Assembly (NCBI RefSeq): GCF_001194135.2
Contig: NC_068981.1
Span: 53,077,901-53,141,900, forward strand
From: Octopus bimaculoides
Lineage: Eukaryota
Reading direction: 5' to 3'
DNA length: 64,000 nucleotides
How positions within the stretch are numbered: position 1 is the stretch's first letter; every line of letters starts with the position of its first letter. The position numbers and the translations under genes are program-made. Below are positions 49,150 to 62,600 of the stretch, piece by piece. The notes beneath the pieces were generated by a model, which was given only the letters and a program-made list of their open reading frames with translations, did not search any database and was not told the origin of the DNA.

Positions 49150-49460
49150 GAATCATGATCACGATCATCATTTTCTGTGCCTGTTTCTACCATATTTGCA
49201 TTGGTTGGATGGGCCATCTCAAGAACAGCATCATTTTTCATGTCCTTGATTGTTTTATCTATCACACTGCTTTTAATATGAACTATTAGTCCTTCTGTAG
49301 GGTCAACACGAATTAGTGCCTCTTTATCTCGTGCATTTTCCACATTTAGAAGCCTCTTATAATAGCACGTCCATGTCACTTTACTTTTTGTCTCGTGAGA
49401 ACTCTCTTGTCTAGAAGAATCATGCTTTTGTGTATTGGCACTTTGGGAGAAATTTTATGC
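49150..49460 (-). mobile_element. RTE LINE internal fragment (pre-RT region)
   Basis: YYKRLLNVENARDKEALIRVDPTEG...IDKTIKDMK (ORF 49098-49379). Confidence 0.75.
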
Positions 49461-49849
49461 ATATGGCTTGCATTATTGACACAAGTTCTTTAAGTTTCAT
49501 GTCATTCTCTTATATTGAGAGACTTTTGAGCCAGTTTTGTTGTAGGGTCTTTTTCTGGAACCAATTTCCAGTCAGCTTTGTGGAAGTGTAGGTAGGGTAG
49601 GCTTTAGGTGCTTCCTGTGAGATATACATATTTGATTAGCTTTGTACATACATTGTTAGTTACTTATGTTATGGTCTCAGAAAATCATTGACTGCACCTT
49701 CATATTGTAGATATATTCCACATTATTGGTGAAACAGATTCAAGATGTTTTTGCTCCAGATTGGGAACACTATTATTTGTTCCATGAACATCATTTTAGT
49801 GAGATCAAGTTGAAATTCTGCTTAATTTTATTCTTTGTATGACATTCTT

Positions 49850-50100
49850 GAGATTATGTTGCTTCAGGCCATTTGATGTCAGAAAAGTTGAAATTGTCCA
49901 ACAGAAGTACATTAATTTGTTGATCTAACTTTGTTAGTACTTCTTTTATCATTCTAAAGCTTTCCTCAAGTTTACAAGAGTGATTTGCAGCATCGTATAG
50001 ACAATATGATGTACATATTATCACATCAAGTTGCTTTACATGCACTATGAGTGTATCATAGACAAAGTTTGAATATGACAATAGAATTAATGTGTGACAT
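49850..50100 (-). mobile_element. CR1/L2-type AP-endonuclease remnant
   Basis: NVLLLDNFNFSDIKW corresponds to the GDFNFPDI.W motif. Confidence 0.55.
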
Positions 50101-50360
50101 CTTCACAGATGTACATGACAACTCCACCATGATTTCTTTCTTTTCTGACTGTATGAAACACATCGCTGTATCATCTATGACTGCACATAGGCATGTTTTA
50201 GTAAGTGCTATACATATTGCTTGATTGCATGCTGAAAGACCTCCCAAATATGAAATTTTGCCTCTCTTGTTTAGATGTCACCCACCAGAGACCACCTCTA
50301 TTACTATCTATCACTTACTCTCTTGCCACTCTCACCTACCATATATCAACCTTGCTATTA

Positions 50361-50395
<35 letters not shown>

Positions 50396-51384
50396 ATCCA
50401 TTTCTTTTAATGCCCCATCTTGCTACTCTGTCTCACACATATTCATACTCTTTCATCACTCTCTTGATCATGTCTGTCTTGAAAAATACAGTCATCATTG
50501 ACAGAGATGACCCATTTGTCTTGCAGGAAACAAGGCAACCTCTCTAGTGTTAACCCCATGATAAAATGCACCCAATACATGGTGCAAAGTGATTGACAAA
50601 CAATGAAATAGCAATGTAAAGAGGACATAACAACCTTTTATCAGTGACATAACAAGTGCCTGTCATAAATTGCATATAACACAGTGTAAAAGAAGTGGTG
50701 TTAGGAAACAGCCATAATAGTACCCATGCCAAATCTGGAATGTACACAGCTGAAATGAGAGCCTCTGATCCACATAGACAATAGGTAATACTGACTCGGA
50801 CAATGATAATTTGCAAAGCAGACATGAAAATGTTTAGGAAGTAATGTTTGTAAACCAGTCTGAGAAAAGTTGCTAAACTTTTTACTTATTATCATAGAAG
50901 TAAAGTTGTCATGCAGCATTTGGTTCTCAGGAGTAAATGTTTTCTTTCATTGAATCAAGGATAATTTTGTTAATAAATTAAGAACTAGTTGGCTAATGTA
51001 AAGAAAGAGATTGCCCAAGAAACTGGTTACTAAGAAGTAAATTTAGATTAGAGATATTTACATATAGAAGACAACACAAACAAATTTGTGTAATTATGAA
51101 CAAAACTATTTTATTGCATTTTTGTATGAGAAATTAGTTTAGTATCTTTTCTGACACATAATATTTAGTTGGCTATCGCCACTTTTTGTACCATTTGTTT
51201 ATACTGCTCAGAATTTGTTCACATAATGTACTGATTAATTGATATTTTCAGCTTAGTGCAATCCAAAACAAATTTTGTTTCTCTCTTTTTTTTCTTCTTT
51301 CTAGTTAGTTTACATTCAAGAGGAAACGTTCAAATAATTATTCAATGACCATTTGAATCCATTATAAGTAAATTTGCTTTATAT

Positions 51385-51625
51385 CTTTTATCTTTTGCTT
51401 GTTTCAGTCATTAGACTGTGGCCATGCTGGGGCACCACCTTGGAGAAATTTTTAGTCGAATGAATTGACTCCAGTACTTATTTTTTTAAAGCCCGGTATT
51501 TATTCTATTGGTTGCTTTTGCTGCACTGCTAAGTTATGGGGACATAAACATACCAGCACCAGTTATCAAGTGGTGGGGGGAAGGACAAACACAGACACTC
51601 ATACACACATATATGTATGCCTGTA
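51385..51625 (-). mobile_element. Meta/OR-type SINE 3' half
   Basis: cttttgcttgtttcagtcattagactgtggccatgctggggcacc, as at 7821. Confidence 0.8.
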
Positions 51626-52332
51626 TCATTGTGTCAATAGATGGGTGTATGGATGTTTTTGTTTGTTAGGGGTGGGGGAAACACAAGTTAATCAGCTTAT
51701 GTGTAATAAGTATCTAAGAGTAGAGTGGTATGCATCAGTAGTATGTTGTCGTAGTGTGTGTCTGTCGTGTGTTATGGTATATGGATGAGGCTAAATTGTA
51801 GCTTACCTGCCTAGGTCTAGTCAGTTAGTAATTGAGGTCACTCTTGAGTGTTTAATGCTGATAGGTGGTGACTAGTTTGGACTTTTTTTATTGAATAGTG
51901 GTTCTTGGACAAATAAGATATGTATGGATATTTTATAATTGTGCATGAATTACAGGGCTTAACTATCGAAGTGCATATGGTGTGTGGCTGTTTATAGAGT
52001 TGCCAAGTGTAGCTGGCAACTGGGAGTAAATGCTTGTGGACATTTCTACGAGACGAGAAACATTTTATTAAGGGACTGTAATGAAAAACTAGAAAAACAT
52101 GAATGTATGAAAAGTTATTAATGTTGGTTTTGTTGTATAAATAATACCTTCTACAATGTGTTTTATTCCTAAAATTACACTGATAAATCTCTATATGTCT
52201 TTTAAAACAAAAGTGCTGGGTTAAAGATAGAGATTAATTTAGGTTTTATTCAAAAGCTGCTTCTTACACAGAAAACATAATTTCATTATTTATCAGTAAT
52301 AAGTATTTTCATTTGTTACTACTATTTCGTGT

Positions 52333-52535
52333 AACCCTTTTGATACCAAACCATCTGATGCCTCTGGTTTTATGATATAAATTTCTTGCTTAAATAAAAA
52401 TATTCCACAAAAAATTTCAGGTTGGTCTATGTTCCAAACGCCAACTTAACAATGACATAGTTATCTCTCAAAACTCTTCATTATTTTCCAAATCAATCAA
52501 AACATAGTGTATTTTAACAAAAATATTGTAACAAA
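52333..52535. mobile_element. piggyBac-type MITE, family 2
   Basis: (g)taaCCCTTTTGATACCAA start; internal homology to 6641-6852. Confidence 0.6.
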
Positions 52536-52719
52536 AATATTGTTGATGAAAGTTGAAAAATGTCATAGCTGTTCACTATTAATAATACTTTAGCACTAGT
52601 CACATCATTTTAGGTAAGTCAGTTGTGGTTTTTATTGCTGTAAAATTATTTCTTTTGGCAAGTGTATGAAAATTACATGCTTATGTTTTTGCATTTTAAC
52701 TAGAAATATGGTATGTTAA

Positions 52720-52960
52720 AAACACAGAAGTAGAGCTTGAGGTAATCAGCTTGGGCCACAGTTTGCAAAGATGGCCTGCTAGTGGAATAAATGAAGTTTA
52801 ATAAAGGAAAGAAAAATCTCCATAAAATACTGAAGAAATGCACACATTTTGATGGAACCTTGGAAAAATGGATGCAGGATCATAGGAATGGAATTACTAC
52901 AAAACTGATAGTTTCAGAAGCAAGATAAACTGGTGGGGTAACACTGGTAGAAGCTTAATG
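52720..52960 (+). mobile_element. Possible pogo/Tigger CENP-B-type HTH remnant
   Basis: LEKWMQDHRNGITTKLIVSEAR*. Confidence 0.35.
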
Positions 52961-55900
52961 TTTTCATTTTATGCAACAAAATGGGTTAAATTTGTAGATA
53001 ACTAACCCGACTTGAAAAATTTATGTTGAGTTTGAACTGAAAAATAGTTGCTTGGGATGTTGAATCAGAGCTATCTTTTCTTAGAATTGTGTTTCTAAAA
53101 TTTAGTTGTATTTTCCTCTTGAAAATCAATGTTCAAAAAGTTCTTGGAAATGTTTAAAATACAAGTTTAAACTGGTATCCATATTGTTATTTATTTAAAT
53201 GTCCACATTTCTATACATTTGTTTGATTGATACATAGAATTCTTTCCTATGGGAAATATTTGAGATAAGTTATGTCAATTCAGCTAATTATTTTGTATTA
53301 TCTTTTAAACATAATAGTGCATATTTAGGAAAAATATCTAGACTGTTGCCATTAATGTACATATTGTATAAACATGTTATAGGGTCAGATTTTAATATTG
53401 TTGATGATGATGATGATGACGACGACGACGGCGACGGTGACGACAACGACAGTGACGACGACAAGGGGGGAGAGAAATGGCAGAAGCCAAACAGTATTTA
53501 GTTTCGTCACTTAGTTGAAATCCTACCAGGATTGATTTTCCTCCTATTCATCATGTTGGGGTTGATAAATCGAAGTAGTAGGCATGCAGTTCATGTTATT
53601 GCTTCTCCAAGTGGTCAGTGCTCAAATCAGTTTCTTGAAGCGAAATGGTATATGTTCTACACTAGCTTGCAATAAGGTTTTACATTCACTGCTCATCCAT
53701 CTCTCTCTCAGATATAATATCACCTTTCAAAGTATACTTTATCTCTTGCATAGACAAGGAATCCTTTTGCTATCTGTTATTCTGTTTGTCTCTCCCACCA
53801 TGACTACAATGGCCTCTGAACTAGACCCCTGCTTCCATTATCTATCTGGCCTGCTTCACACACTTGCCAGTTCTTGTCTTAACACACTCCCATTGTGTTT
53901 CACCTTCTAAATTACCACCACCACCACCACCAGCAACAACTAAATACTTTGCCTAATCCTCCTCCTGAGCATCTATCTGGATTTACCTTCCTGCCCACAT
54001 CTTTCTTGTAGATGTTGACCTGCAGATGTTCAAACTGAACATTCAACTACATCATTCTCACTAGTCTGGGAGGTTATGCAAAGGTCATATGTACTCCCCC
54101 TCTTCCTCTGATTAACTTATACAAAAGAAATCCATGAAATTATTGGCCTGTGCTGATAAAATGTTAGCTTTTCCACTGATATTTCTGTTTCAGTCATTTG
54201 ACATTTAACAGATTTTTAAATGTTACATCTGAAAAAAGTATTAGCTTACACATTGTAAGAAAAAAAATTCAGTGATAGAGATGTTTGACACCTCTCACTT
54301 GCATTGTGTTATAATTTTACAGGAAAAAAAAATTTGATTTGTATTTATTTTTTAACTGAAAAAAATAGTTAAGGAAATAAACATGTTATTAGGAATGAGA
54401 TACAAGCAAAACAAAGTAACCAGTTTTTGACAGTGCTATGGTACGAACAGAACATTTTTATAAACAGCATTCAAAATGGATCTAAGTTAATGAGGACTAT
54501 ATTTTAACTTTAGATATATGTTTGTTGTTTATGCATCAACCTGAACTTTATTACTTATTTAATGATCTTATATTTTGGTAACTGCTGCCATATTTGGCTA
54601 GATGTCAAGGATGCACCAAAGATGTTGGGGAAGTCATTTCCTTAGTCCAGTGTAACTGGATGAAGCTGGATAGAATGTGGAATTTTCTTTTTCCCTTTGA
54701 AATATTGGTTGTTATATCTATATAGTGTCTCACATAATGCAATTGGATGGTGTGAGGATGGCTCTCAGCCTCTGAGAGATAGAATCTTCCTAATGTGCAG
54801 TTAATGGAATTTTGACATAGATTATGGTATGGAAACTGTAGGCGCATGTTTGTGGTTGAACAAAATTGCCTTGCAACATTTTTGGCATTTTGTATTTTGC
54901 ATTCAATTTGTACCTATGAATTAAAATCCAATAACCGTGTAAATTACTCCTCAAACACTGAAAGAAACATCAAAATGGACTAATAACAGATTACAGCAAT
55001 GCCATTTCTCTTCAGACCTTAAGACAGTCATGTCATGGAAGCAGGAGCTCTAAAGACCAAGCATTGTTGGGATCAAATTTGTAACTCTTTCTCCACACTA
55101 ACCAAATCTACTAACAAACAGATCAAGATTTTCAGAAATCATGGAAACATCCCAGATGAGGAAATGCTACTGCTGTTGGCAACTTCTTCAACCAAATGTT
55201 TTATTTTACTACTGGGTTTTAATGTAAACCATCTGTTTCTACTATTATAAAAACTTTTGACTACAATAAGATTGTTTTTGTTCTACTAAATATATTTCCA
55301 AATAATTCAAAATTAATTTTTACTTAATGTCTAGTGTATTGTTTTGCACTAAGCTATCACATTGGTATAGACTCTTTATTTTATATGAATTAATCAATAT
55401 TGATATGAGAATAAAGACACGTTATTATATGAATGATGCCTCAACTAGTTCATTCAAACAGCTGAAATATTTTTTTGTAACATGAATATTAGAATTTGAC
55501 ATGAATTACAATATAGATAGGCTTCAGTTTTGAATCAGTGTGACTACCTTTTTATTCCACTGGTGCATTAATGAATAATTTCCTAACCAGTTGAACAGCT
55601 CTCTTTTCTATCTAGTTAAACAACTTCCTCATGAAGAGAAACTGTTTGATTTTGAATTAATCTTAGTGAAAAATTACAAGAGAATTTGTGCCACCTATTT
55701 ATTTCTGCATGGCCATATAATTAAAGATATAATTTTATAATGAGATATGATTCATAATAGATGTATGTATCATACTTTCAAGTTATTTTTTTAAATATTG
55801 TTTTAATCATTGTACCAATAATCATTAATTTTGCTGTACAAAAAGATAGCATTGTGACTTTCTGGGTAAATATACTCTTATTTTATAACATCAAAATTTA

Positions 55901-57884
55901 TAGAGATTTCATAATTATCTTTTCCAACCATCTAATAAGAATTCGATTCTGTTTGTCTCATGATAACACCATCAAGGTCTAATTATCCTAACAGTAATGT
56001 TTTCTTTCTTTGTTTGTTTTTTTTTTTTGTAGTGGTGGTGGGAGGTTTGCTTTCAGTATCATGAACAGCTCATGCAACCTTTCTGATAACACTGTCCAGA
56101 AAGATAGGTTACTTGTTGATTTAATTAGGGTAGGAGAACTTGTGCTCTCTAGGCCCTAAATTGCTACCTAATGGAAAAAATTTAGATTTTGCATGAAATA
56201 CATTTTTCTTGATCACATTGTATTACATTTATTCTAATGTTCTTAAATTGTCGCAAAAATATTTACATTAACAAATTTACATTTTTATTTCTTATGTTGA
56301 TATTTATAATTACATTTTTGCAATAAATGTAATTTTACATTTTTACAATTTAAGTTAAACATACTGTAAATTTACAGTGACTTTCAAAATCTAATTTGCA
56401 TTCATTGTGATTTCCATCTCCATTTTCAACTCTGTTCAGTTCTTTGTCATTTCCAGTCTACATAAAAATAACATACAGATGAGTCTTCATTATTTTTGCA
56501 TTGCTGTTAATTTCTTTAGTTTTTGCTCTTGTTATTGTTTATTTATCATAGGTATTTTGTATTTGTATGCAATTAAGAATTGCTTTTTTGTGTTGTTGTT
56601 GTTATTGCTGTTCGTGTTTGTGTGTGTAGTTGGTATAGGTATGTGATGCATATGGATTACAAGAGTTGCATAAAAAGTGCTGAGTGCTCAAAGTGGATGG
56701 TGCCTGTGAGAGAGGAAGACCGAGAAAGACATAGGCTGAAGCTGCGAAAACTGATCTGAAGGTGCTGAGCCTCACAAAAGAGATGACAAGTAACTGTGAT
56801 AATTGATAACACGGTGTACTGGAGAAAACTTGCACTTTTGGGCAAGTATTTCAGAGATAATGCGATTGAAGAGTGTGTTGATGGCTGGGATATTCTTGTT
56901 GCCTTCACCCACTGCTCTCCCCTGTCTCTCTTTTACTCTTTTCTCTTTAGCATCCCTGCCCCTTAGGATGATTTCAGTGCATTCATCCTCAACTCTCTAC
57001 TCACCTTTATTGTACCCTCCTCCCTTTTCTATCTAGGCTTCTTTTTTTTTTTTTTTTTTTTTTTTTTGCTCATTGTTCTCCCTGCATTTACCTACTGTTC
57101 CACTCTGCTCTTACTGTCTTTTCTCCACAGCCTGCCTGAGGTATTTTCTTTCCCTCCTTACTTTTGCTGCATTCACTCACTGCTCTCCCCACCCACACCT
57201 CTGCCTCTCCTTTTTTCATTGTCCTAATCTAACACCATCATTTCAACATGCATCTCTCCTCTAGCCTACTTCTATGGCCCCCACCCACCGCCGTTACCAC
57301 TCCTCCACTAATCCTTGAATTCTCATCTTTTCTTCTCTTTCATGTTACCTTCTCATCTCACCTTCTGCTCATACTTGCCCTTGTTATGTGGTATAACACT
57401 ATATCCCTTCTACACAACCCAACTCATCACCCTTACTAAGCTCTCTCTCTCTCTCTCTCTCACTAATCTGGACACTAATCCCTTCCTTCTTTTCCCTGTC
57501 CCTTTCATACTTTCTCCTCCAACAGTGTCTACTCTGTTATTTCCTCCATTAACACCCTATCACAACTGTAAGTCTGCATCTCATCATACTTAACTCCCTC
57601 TCTCATCACCTTGCCTAACATCATCACTTTCTCCTATTTCTCTTTCAGTTGAGGGACCCTCTAGACTCTAGTCTTACAAATTGCTAAGGCAATTACTCTA
57701 ATGCTGGTGCCATAAAATAAAGCAACCAGTACACTTTGTAAAGTGGTTGGCATTAGAAATGGAATCCAGTGTAAAAATCATACTGTATCAGAAATATTGG
57801 AGAAGGATACTGTCCATCATCATTGATTTAGTTGTATCATGCAAGCCATGTCAGCGTAGAAATATGCATAAAATGATAAGCATT

Positions 57885-58047
57885 TAGGTGTGGATATGTG
57901 GTAAGAAGTTTACTTTTTGACCACATGGCGCCAGGTTCAGTCCTACCACATTACACCTTGGGCAAGTGCCTTCTACTATAGCTTCAGGCCAACAAAAGCT
58001 TTGTGAGTGGATTTGGTAGATGGAAACTGAAAGAAACCTGCTGTGTA

Positions 58048-58095
<48 letters not shown>

Positions 58096-58277
58096 TGTGT
58101 GTGTATGTATATATATGTGTGTATGTTGTCCCCCTCACCATCACTTGACAATTGATGCTGGTGCGTTTATGTACCCGGAACTTGGTAGTTCAGCAAAAGA
58201 GACTGATAAGTCCAGGGGGCAATTTCTTCAACTAAAACCCTTTAAGGTGGTGCTCTAGCAAGGCTACAGTCAAATTA
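57885..58277 (+). mobile_element. Meta/OR-type tRNA SINE, near full length
   Basis: ggtgtggatatgtgggtaagaag...caggttcagtcc...ttgggcaagtgccttctactatagc...gaaacaagtaaaac. Confidence 0.85.
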
Positions 58278-58567
58278 CTGAAACAAGTAAAACAATGAAT
58301 ATATATATCTTCATAGAATATGCTATGTGTATTTGTATATATGATTTTTTTATTTTTGTGAGTAACAATTAATGGTTTGATATTGTTGAGTGAGTTCTAC
58401 TTTATATGATTTTTATCGAAATCATTCAATATGAGCAGGAGTCATTCTGTTACCTTCTTTGCTCAACTAATGTGTTATGTTCATAAATTACACATCAGTA
58501 AATCTAACCAATATATGTATAAGATGTTATGTGTCATCTATATACATTTAATACGCTGTACACACAC

Positions 58568-58599
<32 letters not shown>

Positions 58600-58696
58600 G
58601 CATATAGGTGCAGGAGTGACTGTGTGGTAAGAAGCTTAGAAAATAAATGTAACCTGTTTGTAAGATCATGTACCCATGTTTTGAATATATATACTT

Positions 58697-58885
58697 ATAC
58701 GACTTCTCAGCTTTTTGGCTAAGATGAAGATGTAGTATCTGTTCTTATCAGCTTAATATCTGATACAGTCCCTATTTGGAGCCATCTATATTAAGCTGAT
58801 TTTTAGAATGATGTGAAGAGTTAGAGGCTTGCGCCACCTTTGCCACTGGTTGGCCTAGTATTGTAGTACTTCTGGGATCCAGCCC
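58697..58885 (+). pseudogene. RNU2: U2 spliceosomal snRNA, full-length diverged copy
   Basis: ATACGACTTCTCAGCTTTTTGGCTAAGATGAAGATGTAGTATCTGTTCTTATCAGCTTAATATCTGATAC matches the U2 5' end. Branch-recognition GTAGTA, stem IIa TATCAG/CTGATA, Sm site GATTTTTAG, and 3' stem CCTAGTATTGTAGTACTTCTGG are present. Substitutions and an extra A in the U6-pairing region suggest it is non-functional. Confidence 0.9.
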
Positions 58886-58894
58886 TTAATTAAA

Positions 58895-59108
58895 GCACTC
58901 GTGCTGGTGTCACATTAGAAATATTGGTGCTGGTGCCACATAAAAAGCACCCAATCACTGTTGAATGGTTGGCATTAGGAAGGGCATCCAGCCATAGACC
59001 ATAGAAACCATGCCAGAACTGACAATGGAACCTGGTGTGACCCTTGACCTTACCAACTCTATCCGACCCATATCAGCATGGAAAACAGACATTAAATGAT
59101 GATGATGG
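58895..59108 (+). mobile_element. RTE 3' tail copy directly downstream of U2
   Basis: gtgctggtgtcac...gtgctggtgccacataaaaagcaccc...ggttggcattaggaagggcatccagcc...cagacattaaatgatgatgat. Confidence 0.88.
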
Positions 59109-59639
59109 TGTACAACATTTGTGAAATTAGATAGAGCATTTATTGAAGAAAATAACATAATGTAGAATAATGAGTGAATCATTGACAACGACATATTGTG
59201 CTTTTTGAAAGTAATCAAGCCTGTATATAATATTTGGGGAGTGATACATATAATTTTCTTATTTTCCTGTTATTGTCACATCTTTATTTACATGCCATTA
59301 GCAATTTTTATCATGTACATTTTTTTCAACAATATGTCTTTTTCAATGCTCTAAAGATTCTGCTAGCTAACTGCTTTTAATAACGATAATCTTTCCTTTA
59401 TTATCCACAAAGGCTTGAAGAGATAAACAAAATACAGAACTATACATATGCACACATATATTTGCATGCAAATAAATACCAAATAGATACAAAAATACTG
59501 TAATTATAACAAGATATGATTAAAAGAAACTAAATCTAAAAGATTACAGGCTATGTAGAATTATGGCACTCCATGACCCTGTTCATTTAACTAGTTCATT
59601 AACTCTGCACAAGTATGTATTTTTTCAGACATTTGGTGT

Positions 59640-60370
59640 TGAAAAATGTCATCATTTTCAAAATATTGGACTGCACTTAAATGTCAAGAAAACCGAATAC
59701 ATGTCTTTCAACCAATCAAATGATGCTGAACTATTTGTTTTGAGCAGTTACAAACTGAATGTTAAAAACTTCAAGTACTTAGGTGATTGGGTGAACAGTT
59801 CAGAAGCAGACATCAAGATCAGGAAGGCACAATCATTGGACAGCCAGTCACAAACTAAAGAAGGTCTGGAACTCCAAATTGCCCAAGTGAATCAAAATCA
59901 AGTTGTTCATTGCGACTGTTGAATCAGTGCTATTATATGGCAGTGAAATATAGACACTGACAAAGAAATTATCAAACTGGCTAGATGGCTGCTACACAAG
60001 GATGCTATAAATGGCCCTAAATGTGAAGTGGCAACAACACATGACAAATGAATGCCTTTATGGAGACCTGCCAAAAGTTAGTGAAAAGATCAGGCAAAGA
60101 CAGCTACGACTGTCTGGTCACTGTGTTTGCCACCCTGAACTGGAAGCATCCAAATTAGTCTCGTGGAACCCACTTCATGATGACATAAGAAGACAAAATT
60201 ATCGTCATCTTATGTCATCAGGAAAATATCGTCATACCTACATTAACAGCTTCATTGCAGAAACTGGCCTGGAATGTATCCAGGACCTCAAGGTTGTGAT
60301 GTTGGACCAAGAAATGTGGCAGGTGAACTTTGTTGCTGTGGTCCAGGTTGGAACCCGGCCATAATAATAA
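59640..60370 (+). mobile_element. Second RTE/RTEX-like LINE family, 3' fragment ending in (ATA)n
   Basis: GLHLNVKKTEYM, FKYLGDW, ESVLLYGSE, KIRQRQLRLSGHC...LVSWNP (ORFs 59563-59922 and 60011-60364); frameshifts. Confidence 0.85.
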
Positions 60371-61684
60371 ATTTTCAGAGTATTCTGTTTCAAGTTCAGT
60401 GTAATGTCTTACTTTTAATTTTACTAAAAATCTATCTTCTCCATGTTTATATACTGGACCTAACTGTTTTTGTGTTATTCTAACTTCTTCAAAAAGTTTA
60501 GAAAACAGCCTCTGCTTCAGCAGTCATTTATTTACATTGTGCAAATTCAAGCAGTTTTTATATCTTTCATACTAGCCTTTACTAATCAGAGAAAGTCTTT
60601 TCAGTAGAAGTTTAATCTTCCTTCTTCTACAAATTATTTTACAAACTTTTTTTTAAAATGACAAATGTGCTTATCGGCACATTACATCAAATCTTATCTT
60701 TGCTCCATACACTCAAGCTCCATTTCATTTTAAGCATCACATTAAGTCTATGAAAAAATTTAAGTTCAAGCAATCAGTGAAGTGGCCTCTTGAGCATTTG
60801 ATTTGATTTCTTCTGTTTTCATGCATTGTTTCTACTAGATAGTACAAGCTTTAATGTTTTGGCAAACCTCTTAAAACATCATGTCAGTGGTTTTAAAATA
60901 TCACATTTAATATCCAGTGTAATCCCTTTAGGTTCCACTTCACTCTTGTGCCTTCAGTTACACTTGGTGGCATTTTTTTTTCTTTGAGATATCTTTAATT
61001 GTAGGTAAACCCAGAAGTGGTGCTGATCAACAACTATCCACAACAAATGTGTAGTATATGTAGTAAAAAGACTAGCACCATGTAAGAATTATTTTGTGAG
61101 AGCAAAAGACTGGATTTGGATGTAAGAATGAAAATGAGAAGCTGAAAGTGAGATTGGAGGAACTATATTACATTTAGTTGAATGTTGCCAGGTGCATGGA
61201 CACTTCACCCCTTTCACTTCTGTCTTAAACCATAAGAACTCCACTGTGTGCATACATACATTCATATATACACACCATTGTGTTAACATACAACACATAT
61301 AGCTACAGACATTGCTATTGTACTGATACTTTTATTGTTGTTACCAGTTGGTGGGTTGGTGGTATTGGTTGTATTGATTTTAGTTTTGGTGATGGTAATG
61401 GTGGTAGCAGTGGACATAGTGTTCTTACTATTTGTGGTTGCTGTTTAGCCTCAAATCAATCAACAACTGAATATCAAAGATATTTCATTCAACTTTTAAA
61501 ATGCATGAGGATGCCACAATATTTCATGTCATTGTCTTTTATTTTAGACTGAGTTGATTATCTTTTCCATACTACTATTGCTGTTGTTGCAAACCATTAA
61601 GGTACTGGTGTTGTTGGTAAAGGCAGTTTATTGTAATGGATTTGGTGTTGGTATTGACAAATGGTAGTGGTGATATATATATAT

Positions 61685-61717
<33 letters not shown>

Positions 61718-61748
61718 TATACATATATATATATACATATATATATAC

Positions 61749-61783
<35 letters not shown>

Positions 61784-61904
61784 CATATATATNNNNNNNN
61801 NNNNNNNNNNNNNNNNNNNNNNNNNNNNNNNNNNNNNNNNNNNNNNNNNNNNNNNNNNNNNNNNNNNNNNNNNNNNNNNNNNNATATATATATATATAAC
61901 AGCT

Positions 61905-62230
61905 TTCATGCTGGTGACACATAAAAGCACCTATGCTGGTACTCTTGGAGTGGTTGGCATTAGGAAGGGCGTCTGGCCATAGAAACCAAGCCAAATTCAG
62001 ACTGGACCCTGGTATATATATATATATATATATCATCATCATCATCACCATCATTTACAGTCCATGTTTCATGTTGGTATGGATTGGATGGTTTAACAGG
62101 ATCCAATATGTCCAAGGACTGCATCAAGTTCCATTGTTGTCTGCTTTGGCACATTTTTTACAGCTGGATGCCCTTCCTAATACCAATCACTTTACAGCAT
62201 GGACTGAGTGCTTCTTCATGTCACCTGCAA
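61905..62230. mobile_element. Two oppositely oriented RTE tail copies (61905-62012 + and 62030-62230 -)
   Basis: ggttggcattaggaagggcgtctggcc and its complement ctggatgcccttcctaataccaatc. Confidence 0.8.
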
Positions 62231-62444
62231 GCTTGTTAAACACTCAGCTATGCCTGTGCCTATATACATATATAAATATATATATAGATGTGTGTATAGA
62301 GTGTTAGGTGTGGTGTACTGAAATTAGAAAAAAGTTCTCAGATTTTTGGAAAAATAATCTTTTTATTTCTTCATTGTTATTAGTGCTTTTGTTTGTTTCT
62401 CAAACTTGTCAAATAGAATTTTGTGTCAAATTCTATATATCAAA

Positions 62445-62582
62445 TTTTCATCATTCCTGTTGCAAACAAAACATGAGGCATGAGACTACTTAAATATACT
62501 TAGGTTTTTGCGAGTGAATATTTTCATATTTATACTACTTCATACGTGCCTCATGTTTTGTTTGCAACAGGAATGATGAAAA
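62445..62582. repeat. Perfect 36-bp inverted repeat (62445-62480 / 62547-62582), 66-nt spacer
   Basis: TTTTCATCATTCCTGTTGCAAACAAAACATGAGGCA versus TGCCTCATGTTTTGTTTGCAACAGGAATGATGAAAA. Confidence 0.95.
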
Positions 62583-62600
62583 ACGAAACTGGTTGACTGA
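62571..62600 (+). CDS. Candidate 30-nt frame-preserving coding exon (phase 2-2; xNDEKRNWLTx)
   Basis: cctcatgttttgtttgcaacag|G AAT GAT GAA AAA CGA AAC TGG TTG ACT GA|gtatgt. Only one frame is open. Confidence 0.5.

Noticed and set aside
55615-55745. Possible plus-strand exon (KQLPHEEKLFDFEL...); other weak candidates at ~38064, ~48550 and ~61003
   Set aside because: Acceptors are plausible but donors are weak or absent and no homology was recognised.
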